A DNA stretch of 64,000 bases from Lentisphaerae bacterium GWF2_57_35 (lineage in GTDB: Bacteria > Verrucomicrobiota > Kiritimatiellia > CAIQIC01 > GWF2-57-35): the NCBI GenBank assembly GCA_001804865.1, contig MHBK01000061.1:9547-73546 (forward strand), in the 5' to 3' direction. Below, piece after piece: positions 17,601-29,600 of this stretch. How positions within the stretch are numbered: the stretch's first letter is position 1; the number at the start of each line of letters is the position of its first letter. The notes under the pieces were generated by a model. That model was given only the letters and a program-made list of their open reading frames with translations. It was not told where the DNA came from and ran no database searches. The position numbers and the translations under genes are program-made.

Positions 17601-20600
17601 CTGCCGGGTGACCGGCAACGAGGCCTACTACGGCGCGGGGATCTACTGTGTGGCGTCCGCGGTGGTGGAGCGTTGTGAGGTTGACGGCAACAAGGCTGCG
17701 CAGGATGGCGGGGGCATCTATACCGAGTGGGGCCATAACCAAATACTGGATTGCGTGATCCGGAACAACGAGGCCGGCTCCTGCGGCGGCGGAGTGTATG
17801 CGGACGAGGGAACCCTTCTGCGCAATTGCGTGCTCGCTCGAAATCGCGGCGGTTATGGCGGCGGCGGATACGTGAAGGATGACGTGCAGGTGGATTCCTG
17901 CACCGTGACGGACAATCAAGGTTCCTACAAAGGCGGCGGCCTTTATTGGGATTCCAAGGTGGAGATTCAGAACTCCATTCTCTATTTCAACCGGTGCGAT
18001 TCCTCGAACGGCGGCTCCAACTATTTTTGCAATAGCTGCCAGTGGGACGGATTGGAATATATTCATATCGCCAACACCTGCCTGGCGCCGGCCCTGGCCG
18101 GCGACGGGAACACCGATGCGGATCCTTTGTTTCTGGATGTGGAAAACGAGGCGTATTCCTTGCAGCCGGGATCTCCTTGCGTCAATGCGGGCGTCCATGA
18201 GGCCTGGATGGTCGGGGGCTATGACATCGAGGGCTACGATCGCGTGATTCAAGGCGCGGTGGACATGGGCGCTTATGAATTTGGTCCTCTGCGCTGCTCG
18301 TTTCGGGCTGACCTCCGCGAGGGGACGGCGCCGATGGCGGTCGTCTTCACGTCCTTCGTTGCCGGAACCAACCTGGCCGGCCTGTACTACAAGTGGGATT
18401 TCAATGGCGATGGCGTGGCGGACCAGGAAGGCTATGGGCTGCAAGAAGTCACCAACCGTTACAACGACTTCGGCACGTTTGCGCCGAGACTCGTCGTGGC
18501 GGGCGCGGACGCCGAGACCCAGTCCTGCGAACTGCCCGGGGCCGGCATTCGTGTCGCTCCGGCCGCTTTGTATGTCGATCCCTCCGGCGCGGCCATTTAT
18601 CCCTACACCAACTGGAGCATGGCGGCGCGCGATATCCAGACGGCGGTGGATCAGAGCGCGCGGGGTTCGTGCGTGTGGGTCTCGAATGGGGTGTATACGC
18701 TGTCGGCGAGCGTGACGATCCCTCGCGCCATGACGGTTCGCAGCCTGAACGGCGCCGAGGCCGCGACGATTCATGGCAACGACGCCGTCCAGTGCGTTTC
18801 CCTGCTCGCCACCGGGGCCACGATCAGCGGATTTACCCTCACGGGTGGGCGGGGCCATTTGGGCGGCGGCGTTTACTGCGGGCGCGGCGCCGTGGTGGAT
18901 CGGTGCCGGGCGATGAGCAACCGCGCCTATCATGCGAGCTCCACGCTCGTATGGGGCGGCGGCGTGTATTGCGAAGGCGGCACGGTGCGCTATTCCGCCA
19001 TCGAAGACAACCGTACGGCCGAGGAAGGGTATGGCGGGGGCGGTTACATAACGAGCAGCGGTTTGGTGGAGCACTGCACGATCCTGCGCAATGAGGGCGG
19101 TTATGGCGGCGGCCTGTATGTAACCGAAGGGTCGGTGGTCCGAAATTCGATCGTGGCCGGAAATCTGGCGCTTAACTCCGACTACAACGAATCGGGCGGG
19201 GGCGGCGTCTATTGTTCGACGGAAAGCGCGATCGAGAATTGCACCATTGTAAATAACCGGGCGAATCGCTCCGGCGCAGGCGTCCTGCTCTACTACAATG
19301 GATACGTTCATAACAGCATCATCTGGTCCAATCAGGGTGCTAATGTCTACATCTTCGGCGGCATGGGATATGTGGACCATACTTGTAGCACCCCGCTGCC
19401 GGCAGGGAATGGAAATATCGCCGCGGACCCGCTGTTCGCCGATCTGGAAACCCTCGATGTCCGACTGCAACCCGGTTCGCCGTGCATCAACGTGGGAACC
19501 AACCAGGCCTGGATGGCGAAGGATACGGATTATCAGGGCTACGACCGGATCATCAACGGGCGCGTAGATCTGGGCGTCTACGAATTCTCGCCGGCCAACA
19601 CCGTGCGCGTGTCTGGTCACACGCCGGCCGGCAACGCGTTGCCGCCGTTGGGCTCGTTGCTGATTCATTTTCAATACGAAATGGACCCCGCCTCGTTTTC
19701 GATCGCGGAGGACATCCTCCGGTTCGAGGGTCCCTCCGGCGCTATCTCGGCAACCCAGGCCGCGTGGCTGTCGAGCCGTACCCTGCAGTTGACGTTTCCG
19801 ACCCAGACGGAATTGGGAAGCTACGAGCTGGTCCTGGGATCGCAAATGTCCGACCGCGAGGGCCGGGGTTTGGATCAGGACGGCGACGGCGTGCCCGGAG
19901 AAAGCCCGGACGACGAATACCTGGCCGCTTTCCGTTTCCCTGCTTTCTGGGTTATGAGCCATGAACCGAATGGCGAACGCACGGAAGCGGTGGACTCCCT
20001 GCGCATCCGTTTCAGTCAACCGGTTCAGCCGGGCGACTGCACCGCCGCCGATGTGACGCTGAACGGTCCGCTGGGATCCATTCCCATCGCCAACGACCCC
20101 CTCCGCGTGAGCAACGATCTTTATGAAGTTGCCTTTCCCCGGCAGGTCGCGGGCGGAACGTATGCGCTGACGGTCGGCCCGGAGATTTGGAGCGCCGACG
20201 GCGAATTGCTGGATCAGGATGGGGACGGCATGCCGGGTGAACCGGAACACGACCGGTACGAAGGATGCTTTACCATCGTGGACAATGCAGGTCCGCGGAT
20301 TGTCAGCGTCCTGCCGGCGTATGCCCGTGCCGCCGTCAGCAACCTGGTGATTCGATTCAGCGAGCCCATGTCGCCGGAACACTTCACCACAGAGGACCTG
20401 ACCCTGTCCGGTCCGGATGACTACATCGTCCTGGAGCAGATAACGGCGATCGCGCCGGACGAATTCCAGGTTTCGTTCCCCGCCGCAACGGACGCCGGAA
20501 CCTATTCGTTTTCCATCGGCCCGGATGTGCGCGATGTGGCGGGCAATATGATGGATCAGGACCAGGATGGACAAAAAGGCGAAGACTACGACGATGTTTA

Positions 20601-23600
20601 TTATGGCGAGTGGGTCCTGGATCGAACCTGTCCGAGGGTGACCTGGGCAAATCCGTCGGCAGGGGAGTTGTTTGACGCGCTTACACGCGTGGACGTTCAA
20701 TTCTCCGAGGAGATGGACTTTTTGCAGATGACGCCCAACCTTGCAACGTGCATCGGCCCATATGGCGTAGTGCAGGCCACGAATATCGTGGCCGTCTCGA
20801 CGGATTCCGCGCGGTTCTATTTCCCTGCAACTGAAGCGAGTGGGGAACTTGTTTTCCGATTGGCGGAAAGTGCGTGCGATCTGGCGGGAAATCCGTTGGA
20901 CCAGAATCAAAACGGAGTGGGCGGGGAGCCCGGGGACGCTTTCAGCCGGACGTACGAACAGAGCCTGCCGGATCTCGTGATCGGCGGCTTGTCCGGTCCG
21001 ACGGAAGCCTGGCCGGAGCAAGCGGTGGACGTGACCTGGATGGCGACCAATGCCGGGCCGGGCTGGGCGGCCGGCCCCTGGCATGACGTGGTTCGCATCT
21101 CCCCCACCGCCCAGCCGGGGCCCAACGACCTCGTACTGGCGTCGCTGGAGTTTGACGGGGAATTGGAGCCGGACGGATCGTATACGCGCGTCTGGTCCGG
21201 ACGCTTGCCGGCCTTGGCGGAAGGCCGCTGGTGGCTTCACGCGACCCTCGATGCCTCCAATCGTCTGGCGGAGGGCGGAGGTTCGTTCAACAATAGACTG
21301 ACGACAACCCATCCCCTCTGGATCACCTCGCGGCCCGGCCCGGATCTGCGCGTGGACGAGCTGGAAGCCGCCGAAGCCATGATCGGCGGCTGGAAGTACC
21401 GGGTGACGTGGCGTGTCGCGAATCATGGAACGGCGGGCACGAGCGCGGCCGGCTGGCAGGATCGCGTTTATCTGTCGCCGCAGCCGGTTTTCGATTCGTC
21501 GCAAGCCGTGGCCGTCAGCCCGCCCATCCGCAATCCGGATTTCCTGGCCTCGGGAGAGTCGTATGAACAGGAGGCCGAGATCGTCATTCCGTTCGATACG
21601 GGATACGGCGACTGGTATTTAATGGTAAGGGCCGACGACCAGAATCAGGTTGAGGAGTTCGGGGCCGAAACCAATAATGCCAAAGGCTTGGCGGTGTCGA
21701 TTACGGGACCCAACGTCAGCGACGAACCCTATCTCTCGGTGGTCTCGATCGAGGCCCCGGCGGTTCTTCGGGCCGGGCAAAGACCCGACATTACGTGGAC
21801 CATCCGCAACACGGGCGGGCAGACCATCCTCAACGGTTGGGCCAGCGGCACGGGTTGGGATGACGGCCTGGCTATATCTCCCGATCCGATTTATGACGCG
21901 AGCGATTACTGGCTCGGTTCGCATAATTACTGGAACGGCTGTCCGCTGGCCCCAGGGGAATCGTATACGACGACCGGCAAGCCGGAGCATCCCATTCCCG
22001 CCTGGGCCGGCTCTTATTACTTGATTGTCGTACCGGACACCCATTTTGGCGCCAATGCCGCATTTGGCGCGAGCATGGTCGATCGAAGCTTCGGCGTATT
22101 CCCCGTTACGATTGAGGCGGGGGGCGGATACTTGGATTTGGTGGTGACGAATATTATTACGCCTCCGTTCTTAAGCCCCGGGCAAACGACGCGGATCGGC
22201 TGGCAGGTACGGAATATCGCCGTGGGCAGCTTGGCCGGCAAGTCGTGGTGCGATCGGATTTTCCTGTCGGACGACGGGTCGTTGAACGGCGCTTTGTTGC
22301 TGGCGGAAAAACAGGGACCCTCCTCCTCCATAGAGGGATATGATGCGTCCGCCGGCATTCAAGTGCCGGCCGATATGGAACCCGGCGCTTACTATCTTGT
22401 GGCGGCGGCCGATGTACGGAACGAGCTGACGGAAACAGACGAGAACAACAATGTGGGCATTTCCACCCAGACGGTTCACGTCGTCCGCCGCGAGGTGGAC
22501 CTGACGATTTCCACCGCCGCCGCGCCTTCCGCGGCGACGTCCGGCGGTCTTCTGAACGTTCAATGGACGACGCTCAATCGCGGCCGGGATGAGCTGGCCG
22601 ACGACGTATGGCAGGATGCCTGGTATCTCTCGACCCATCCCGAATTCCATCCGGTTCAGGCCCGATGCCTGGGACGTTTTAAGCATGAGCAAACGCTGGC
22701 GGCGGGCGGGGAAATGACGAACGCCGCATCCGTTGCCGTTCCTTTCGATGTCGAGGGCGCGTATTACGTCCATGTCGTGTGCGACAGCGCCGGCGCGGTC
22801 TTCGAATATCAGGGCGAGACCAACAACGTGTACCGGCTGCCCGGCTTGCTGACCGTGAATGGGGATGCGGCGGACTTGACCGTGCTGAATATCCAATGCC
22901 CGACCCAAGCAGCAGCAGGTCAAAGCATGAGTATCCTTTGGGGGATCACGAATGCCGGGAATCTCGCGGCGGAAGCGCCTTGGATGGACGCGGTTTATCT
23001 GTCCACCAACGAAGTTTGGAGCCGCCAGAACGCGCGGTTGGTCTGGTGCGGCACGCAGACCAACCGGCTGGCGGCCGGCGGCATGAAGGAGCAAGCGGGC
23101 GTGCTCGTTTCCTTGGCGGACGGCATCTCGGGCCTGTATTACGTTTATGTGGAGACGGACTCCCGCCAGGAGGTCTACGAGCGCGGCGCCGAGCCGAACA
23201 ACATCGTGCGTTCCCTTCAGCCTGTGACGGTGGTCGATTATTTGCCCGACCTGGAAATCGTGTCTTCTTTCGTGACCGGCGAGCCGGCGGCGGGGGAGCT
23301 GGTGAGCGTAAGTTGGACGATAGCCAACCGGGGCGAAGATTATGTGACCGCGCCTTGGGATGAGGCGATCTATCTTTCAACCGATGCGGTTTGGAGTGTG
23401 GAGGAGGACTTGCTGCTGGCGCGTTACACCCACGGCGACGAAGTGGCGGCCGGCGCGACCTCGGCGTGTCCGGTGGAGGCGACGTCGGTTCGTCTGCCCG
23501 CCCGGATCGGCGGCGTGCGATATCTGCTGATCGTAACAGATCCCGATGGGGCGCGGGCGGAGCTGTGCGAAACCAATAACGTGGCCGTTGTCTCGACGCT

Positions 23601-26600
23601 TCAACTCGTTGAAAAATCGCCCAATTTGACGGTGGCCGCTGTGACGGCTCCGCCGGAGGCGCTGGCCGGGAGCGTTATTCCGTTTCAGTGGACGGTCGAT
23701 AACCGGGGCGATCGCGCTGTTGAGTCCGTGGGCTGGCGAGATGCCGTCTATCTTTCCCGTGACGACGTGTTCGAACCGCAAACGGATATCGAAGTGGGTT
23801 CCGTGGAGCGGACGGGTCCTCTGGGAACCGGCGCCGCGTATTCGTCCTCGTGTTCGTTGCCGTTGCGCCAGGATCTGGAAGGGTCGTACCAGGTGTTTGT
23901 GGCGACGGACTCCCGCGGGGAAATCTACGAAGCGGGGCATGAGGCGGACAACGTGTCCACCTCGTTCGTCACGCTGGTCGTCCAAGGATCGCGCGTGGAT
24001 CTTTGCCCCGCGGCCTTCGCAGGCCCGGCGGAGGCGTATGCCGGACAAGAGGCCGCGATCGTCTGGGAGGTGCGGAACCAGGGGCGCGACGCGACGCCGG
24101 CTGTGCGCTGGGAGGATGCGCTCTACCTATCGGAGGACAACCGGTGGGATGCGCAAGATCAACGCCTGGCCAGTGTCGGCTATAACGGCCCGTTGGCGGC
24201 CCGCAGCCAATACCGGCGCGAACATTCGGCGATGCTGCCCGAAAATGCGGCCGGCGACTTTTTCCTGATCCTGAAAACCGATGCGGGTTCTTTCAACGAC
24301 GTTTTCGAATACCAGGCGGAAACCAACAACACGAGGGTTCAACCGATCCACATCGCTCTGCCGCCGCCGGCCGACCTTCAGCCGGTCGGCATCGCGAATG
24401 TCGGCGCGCTCTGGTCGGGCCAGTCGGCTCAGATTGAATGGACCGTCCGCAACAGCGGCCTCGCCGCCGCGGCCGGCCGGGCAGGTTCGTGGTATGACGG
24501 CGTGTATCTGTCGCGCGATCCGTTCCTCGATCGCGACCAGGACATCCGGCTTGGAAGCAGCGAACGGGTTGGCGCGCTGGCGCCGGAGGGGAGTTATGCC
24601 GCGTCCGGCACGTTCCGGTTGCCTCGCGGCATCAGTGGACCCTACTACTTGCTGGTGGCGGTGGACGAGACCGGCGAAGTGCCTGAGCGCGGGGGCGAGG
24701 GGAATAATCTGGGCGTCTCGGCGGCGCCCATTTCCATTTTGATGTTGCCGCCCTCGGATCTGGAGGTCCTCACGCTGGCGTGGAGCACGAATGCGATCGG
24801 GTATGACGACTCGCTGACGCTGACCGGTCTGGCGGCTAACACGTGGAGCGGCGGCGATTCGGCCTTGGGCGTCTGGTGGGACACGCTCTATCTGTCGAGC
24901 GACCGCACTTGGGACTTGGACGATCCCCGCATCGCCCGCCTGCGGCACGAAGGCGAGGTGGCTGCCGGCGAAACCTATTCGCTGGAGCTGGCGACCAACC
25001 TGCCGTCCGTCCTGCTGGGCGATTATTTCGTGATCGCCCGCGCGGACATCTTGAACGACGTGCGCGAACGCAGCGAAACCAACAACCTTTACGTGTCGAC
25101 CGGCGTCGTGACGGTGGTGGGCCGCGAGCTGGTTCTGAATCAGCCGCGTACCAACCGCATCGCGGCCGGACCGGCTCAGATGCATCACCTTGCGGCGTAT
25201 AGCAACGATGAGCGTTGGGTGACCTTGACGCCGGCGGGGGAGGGACGGTTTGAGTTGTACGCGGCTTACGGACGCCTGCCCGGGCGCAGCGATTACGATG
25301 AGCAGGCAACTTCCGAGAATGGCGAAGTCGTCAACCTGCGCATCCCCGCAACCGCCTCGGGAGCGTATTATGTCGCGGTCTATGGGTCCGCTACGGGCGC
25401 CCCGGCGATGTATTACCTCGAAGCCAGGGAGGCCGGATACGCGATTGCGAATTTGAACTTGTCGATGGCAGGCGCTGGAGGACAGGCGACGCTGACGGTC
25501 AAGGGCAGCGGCTTCAAAGCCGGAATGACGGCCCGCCTGGAAAATGCCTCGGGGGTTATCGTTGCCGAGGGACGGCTCCAGTTCCTGAACGCCGGGGAAG
25601 CGGCCGTGACCTTCGATCTTACAACGGCCGCGCCGGGGACGTATGTCCTGATCTTCGAAAATCCGGACGGCACGACCGTGCAGCAGAACTTCACGGTCGT
25701 TCCTCCTTCGTCCGAGGGCCTGTATGTGAATTTGAACCCTCCCGCGTTCGTGCGCGCCAATCGTTCTTACGCGCTCCGTCTGGTCTATGGCAATCGCGGG
25801 AACCGGGACATTCCTGCGCCGATAGTGAAAATAACCGCGGGCGGCGGCGGCCTGATAAGCCTGCGATCGGGCGACCCATTGGAATTTAAATCGTCGGTGC
25901 TGCTGTTGGCCGCGGCGCCGCAGGGGATGGCGGGCATCCTGCCGCCGCATTCGGAGTACACGATGGAATTGCCGCTGTTGGTAAATGGCGACGAGTATGT
26001 TCCCTTCAACATGAATGTCATCGCCTCCACAAATGTCGAAGTCCTGGATTGGCAGAAATATGAAAACACCCTGCGTCCCTCCGAGATGAGCGACCAGGAG
26101 TGGCAGCCCATGTTCGACCGCTTTAAAGCCCGGATGGGTGCAACGTGGGGCTCCTACGATACGCGTCTGGCGCTCGACGCCACGCGTCTGGCCCCGCGCG
26201 GGATCGATGTGGCGGATGTGGATGAATTGCTGGGATACGAAAAGAGTCTGGCCTTGGGCATGGGGCCGGCCGCCGTGGTGGGCACGGTGATAGACGCCGC
26301 GTCCGGCCTGGTCCTGACCGGGATGGTGGTCCAGGCCCTGCAAGATGGCGAATACAGGGGCGACGCGATCAGCGCGTCCAACGGTCTGTTTGTGATTTCG
26401 GCCCTGGAGGCCGGTTCGTATGTCCTGCAAGTGAAAGACGCCCTGCCGGCCGAAGAGGTTCGTGTGGACGTGAGCGCTGCGCAAGATGCCCTGGGCGTCG
26501 TTGTGCGCGCTTCCCGCGGTTACACTCTGACCGGTTCGGTGAGCGACGAACGCGGATGGCCGGTAACGAATGCGCTGGTGTTGTTGTCGGAGCAATCCCG

Positions 26601-29600
26601 TGGTTCGGTTGCGGCCGCTCCGGCTTGGCAACCGGACGGAACGTTTGCCATGAAGGCGCTGGCTCAAGGCTGCTACCGGGTGCAGGCGGCCGCCGGCGGT
26701 TATCTGCCGGCAGTGCAAGAGTCGATCCCGCTCGACGACCAGCACCCCGCGTCCAATCTGGTCTTCCGGCTGGAACGGGGCGCGAGTTTGACGGGCGTGG
26801 TGCGCGATGGATCAACGCTTGCGCCGGTGTCCGGGGCGTTGGTGTGCGCGTTGACGCGCAGCGGAGGCCGGCAATTCGGCCGCACGGATGCCGCCGGCGC
26901 TTATACGCTCAGGGGTTTGTCGGCCGATGGCTGGGAGATCCTGGCGATGGCCGAAGGCTATCTGAAATCGGAAGCGATCGCCGTGGAATTCGAGGCGCAC
27001 GAAACAAAGAACCAGGATTTGACCTTGATGCCGGGGGCGGTCCTCGTAGGACGGTTGGTCGGGCTGTCCGGCGCTCCTGTCACGGGGGTGACGGTCAAGG
27101 CCACGACGGAGACTTCTTCCGGCAGCGCGGCGACCGACGATCAGGGTTGGTATCGTATCGTTGGGTTGGGCGCCGGCATTCATCAACTGACGGCGGGAGG
27201 CACGGGCGGTCTGGCGCCGGCCCGAGCGGAGACGCCTTGTTTGGTTCCCGGCGCCGAAACTCGGTTGCCTGACGTCCGGCTCGTAGAGGGGGGCGTCATC
27301 AGCGGCCGGATTGTAGCCGCCCAGGATTCTTTGCCGATTGCTGGCGCCAGCCTGGCCATCGCAGGTCGGGACGACGGTCCTCAAAGCGTCATCGTTGGCG
27401 CCGACGGCAGGTTTTCCGCTGAAGGCTATCCGGCCGGCAGCTACCTCTTGTCCGCTTCGGCTCCTGACCATGCCGATGTTCAGCGCCTTGTGACGATGCC
27501 CTCCAATCTGGTTTGTGCGGCGACGGAATTGGCGTTGTCCTCTCCCGGCGTTGTGACAGGAACGGTTTGCCATGCGGCGGGCCTGCCGTTGTCGTCCGGC
27601 GTGGTGGTCCGCCTTTACAGTCCGCAAGGCCTCCGGTTGGGCGAAGTGCCGGTGGATGTGCGCGGCGGATTCCGCTACGCGCCGGTCGTGCCGGGCGCCT
27701 ATGTGGCGCTGCCGGCCTCGGACCAGTGGGCCTTTACCGGTCGTACGATCCAGGTGGCGGCCGGTTCCGTCTGTGGCGTTCGGTTCGTCGCCGAGTCGTC
27801 CGGATTAACCGGAACGGTCGTCGATGCGGCGACCGGCGATCCCATCGCCGGCGCTCAGTTGGTCTATCGATCGGAAAGGGAGCCGGCGCAGCTCTGGGAC
27901 GCTCAAACTTCCGCAAATGGCGAATACGAATTTTCCAGCCTGGCGCCCGGGCCGGGCCATCTGACCGTGTCCGCTCCTGGCAAAGGACGTGTCCGGCAAG
28001 CGGTGACCCTGCCGGCGCAGGGGCGAGCCCATTACGCGGCCGCCTTGTCGGCCGGCTACACGATCGACGGCCGCGTAACGGATGCGGCGACCGGCAAGCC
28101 GATCCCGGAGGCCTTGATTCAGGTCGTGGAGCAAAATGCCGGTCTCTGGGGCTGGCGGGTATATGCGGGCGTGGATACGAACGGTTCTTATGAAGTGGCG
28201 GATCTGCCTTCCGGCGAAATGCTGCTGCGCGTCTGCGCGACCGGTTATCCGCTCGTGGAACGGGTCGTGACGCTGAGCAGCGATATCCGGGAAGACGTGG
28301 GGCTGGCGACCAATGGGTATCGGTTGCGGCTCGTGGTGCAAGAGACTCCGGCCCATGCGCCGGTGAGCGGCGTTATGGGCCAATTGTGCCGGGACGGATC
28401 GCCTGTCGCGTCTTTCAAAACCGATGTCTCGGGGACGGCGACGATTGAACCCCTGGCCGCGGCGGTCTACGACATTCGTTGGATTTATCCGGTGGCGGAT
28501 TTGGATTCCGGCCTGTCGGTCACGGGCAACTGCGAGGTAGCGTACAACCTGGACCCGGTGACGGCCGCCCTGTCCCAAGCGGATGCCATGCACTACCGGC
28601 ATGTTCTGGATGAGCTGCCGGAACCCGAGCACTGGTGGCAATATTTGCAGAATGACTACATCCTGGCGATGTCGGAGGAGACGGCCGTCAGCTTGGCTTG
28701 CCGATTCATAGGGACCGTTACCTTCTGGATGCCCGTCAGTTGTAAGCACATGCGCCAGTTCCTGAATCAGTACAGGGAAACGATCTATCATACGCGCGAC
28801 TTTGCGGCTATGCACGTGCAGGCGGATGGGCGTTTTATCAACTTCGGCAAGGAAGTTTCGAAAGAGCTGCTTACGAAATTTCCTCACAACGCCGGTCCCG
28901 GCGCCATGATTCTGGGGCAACCGCTCAATACGCCGATAGACTATGTCGTGCCGTATACCCAGTATCGTCAGACGCATGTTCCCATCTTTTATCAGAATTC
29001 CTTCGACAGCCCGGTGTATACCGGTTTCGGCGGTATCTATTATGACGACCTGAGACTGGCTTATGGAAATGTTGACGAGGTGTTCTACTCCGGCCTCCTG
29101 AGGTACAAAAAAACGGTCGATCTGAACCTGGGACATGAGGTGATGAACGTGACGTACGATTCCTTGCTGGAGTTCACTCTGTGGGACGAATGGAACTTTG
29201 AGAAGGGATTCGGGTTCCCCGAGAATGTATTTGCCCGACTGCAATCGGAATATGGTTACCAGTCGGATTATACCTTGACGCGAACTCCGCTTCAGGTGAA
29301 GGGCACGCTCGTCTTCCCGATGTACTTAGTGCGAGTCTTTACCTCGCCGGACGAAGGCGGAACGGCCAGCGCGGAAATGATTCCGGACACCGGGGAGAAA
29401 GTCGGCGAATACTATACCCTATATTCCCAGATAACGCTAACCGCTCAACCCAAGCCCGGTTATCGTTTCAAGGAGTGGGCCAGCCTTTACCAGTACAAGC
29501 CCAAGGGCAATCCAGCCGTCATCGGCTTGTTCAAGCCCGCCTTGATGATGGCTATTTTCGAGAAAATCAACGAAACGAACAAACCGGACCCGGACCCGGA

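Noticed and set aside
16627-21504. 1,625-aa minus-strand ORF (and 24127..26745, 872 aa; 27805..29244, 479 aa; 15133..16536, 467 aa) antisense to the giant gene
   Set aside because: They lie entirely inside the 16-kb + strand coding frame. Their Arg/Gly/Pro-rich low-complexity translations are typical of stop-codon-poor antisense frames in high-GC DNA. No RBS or domain signal.
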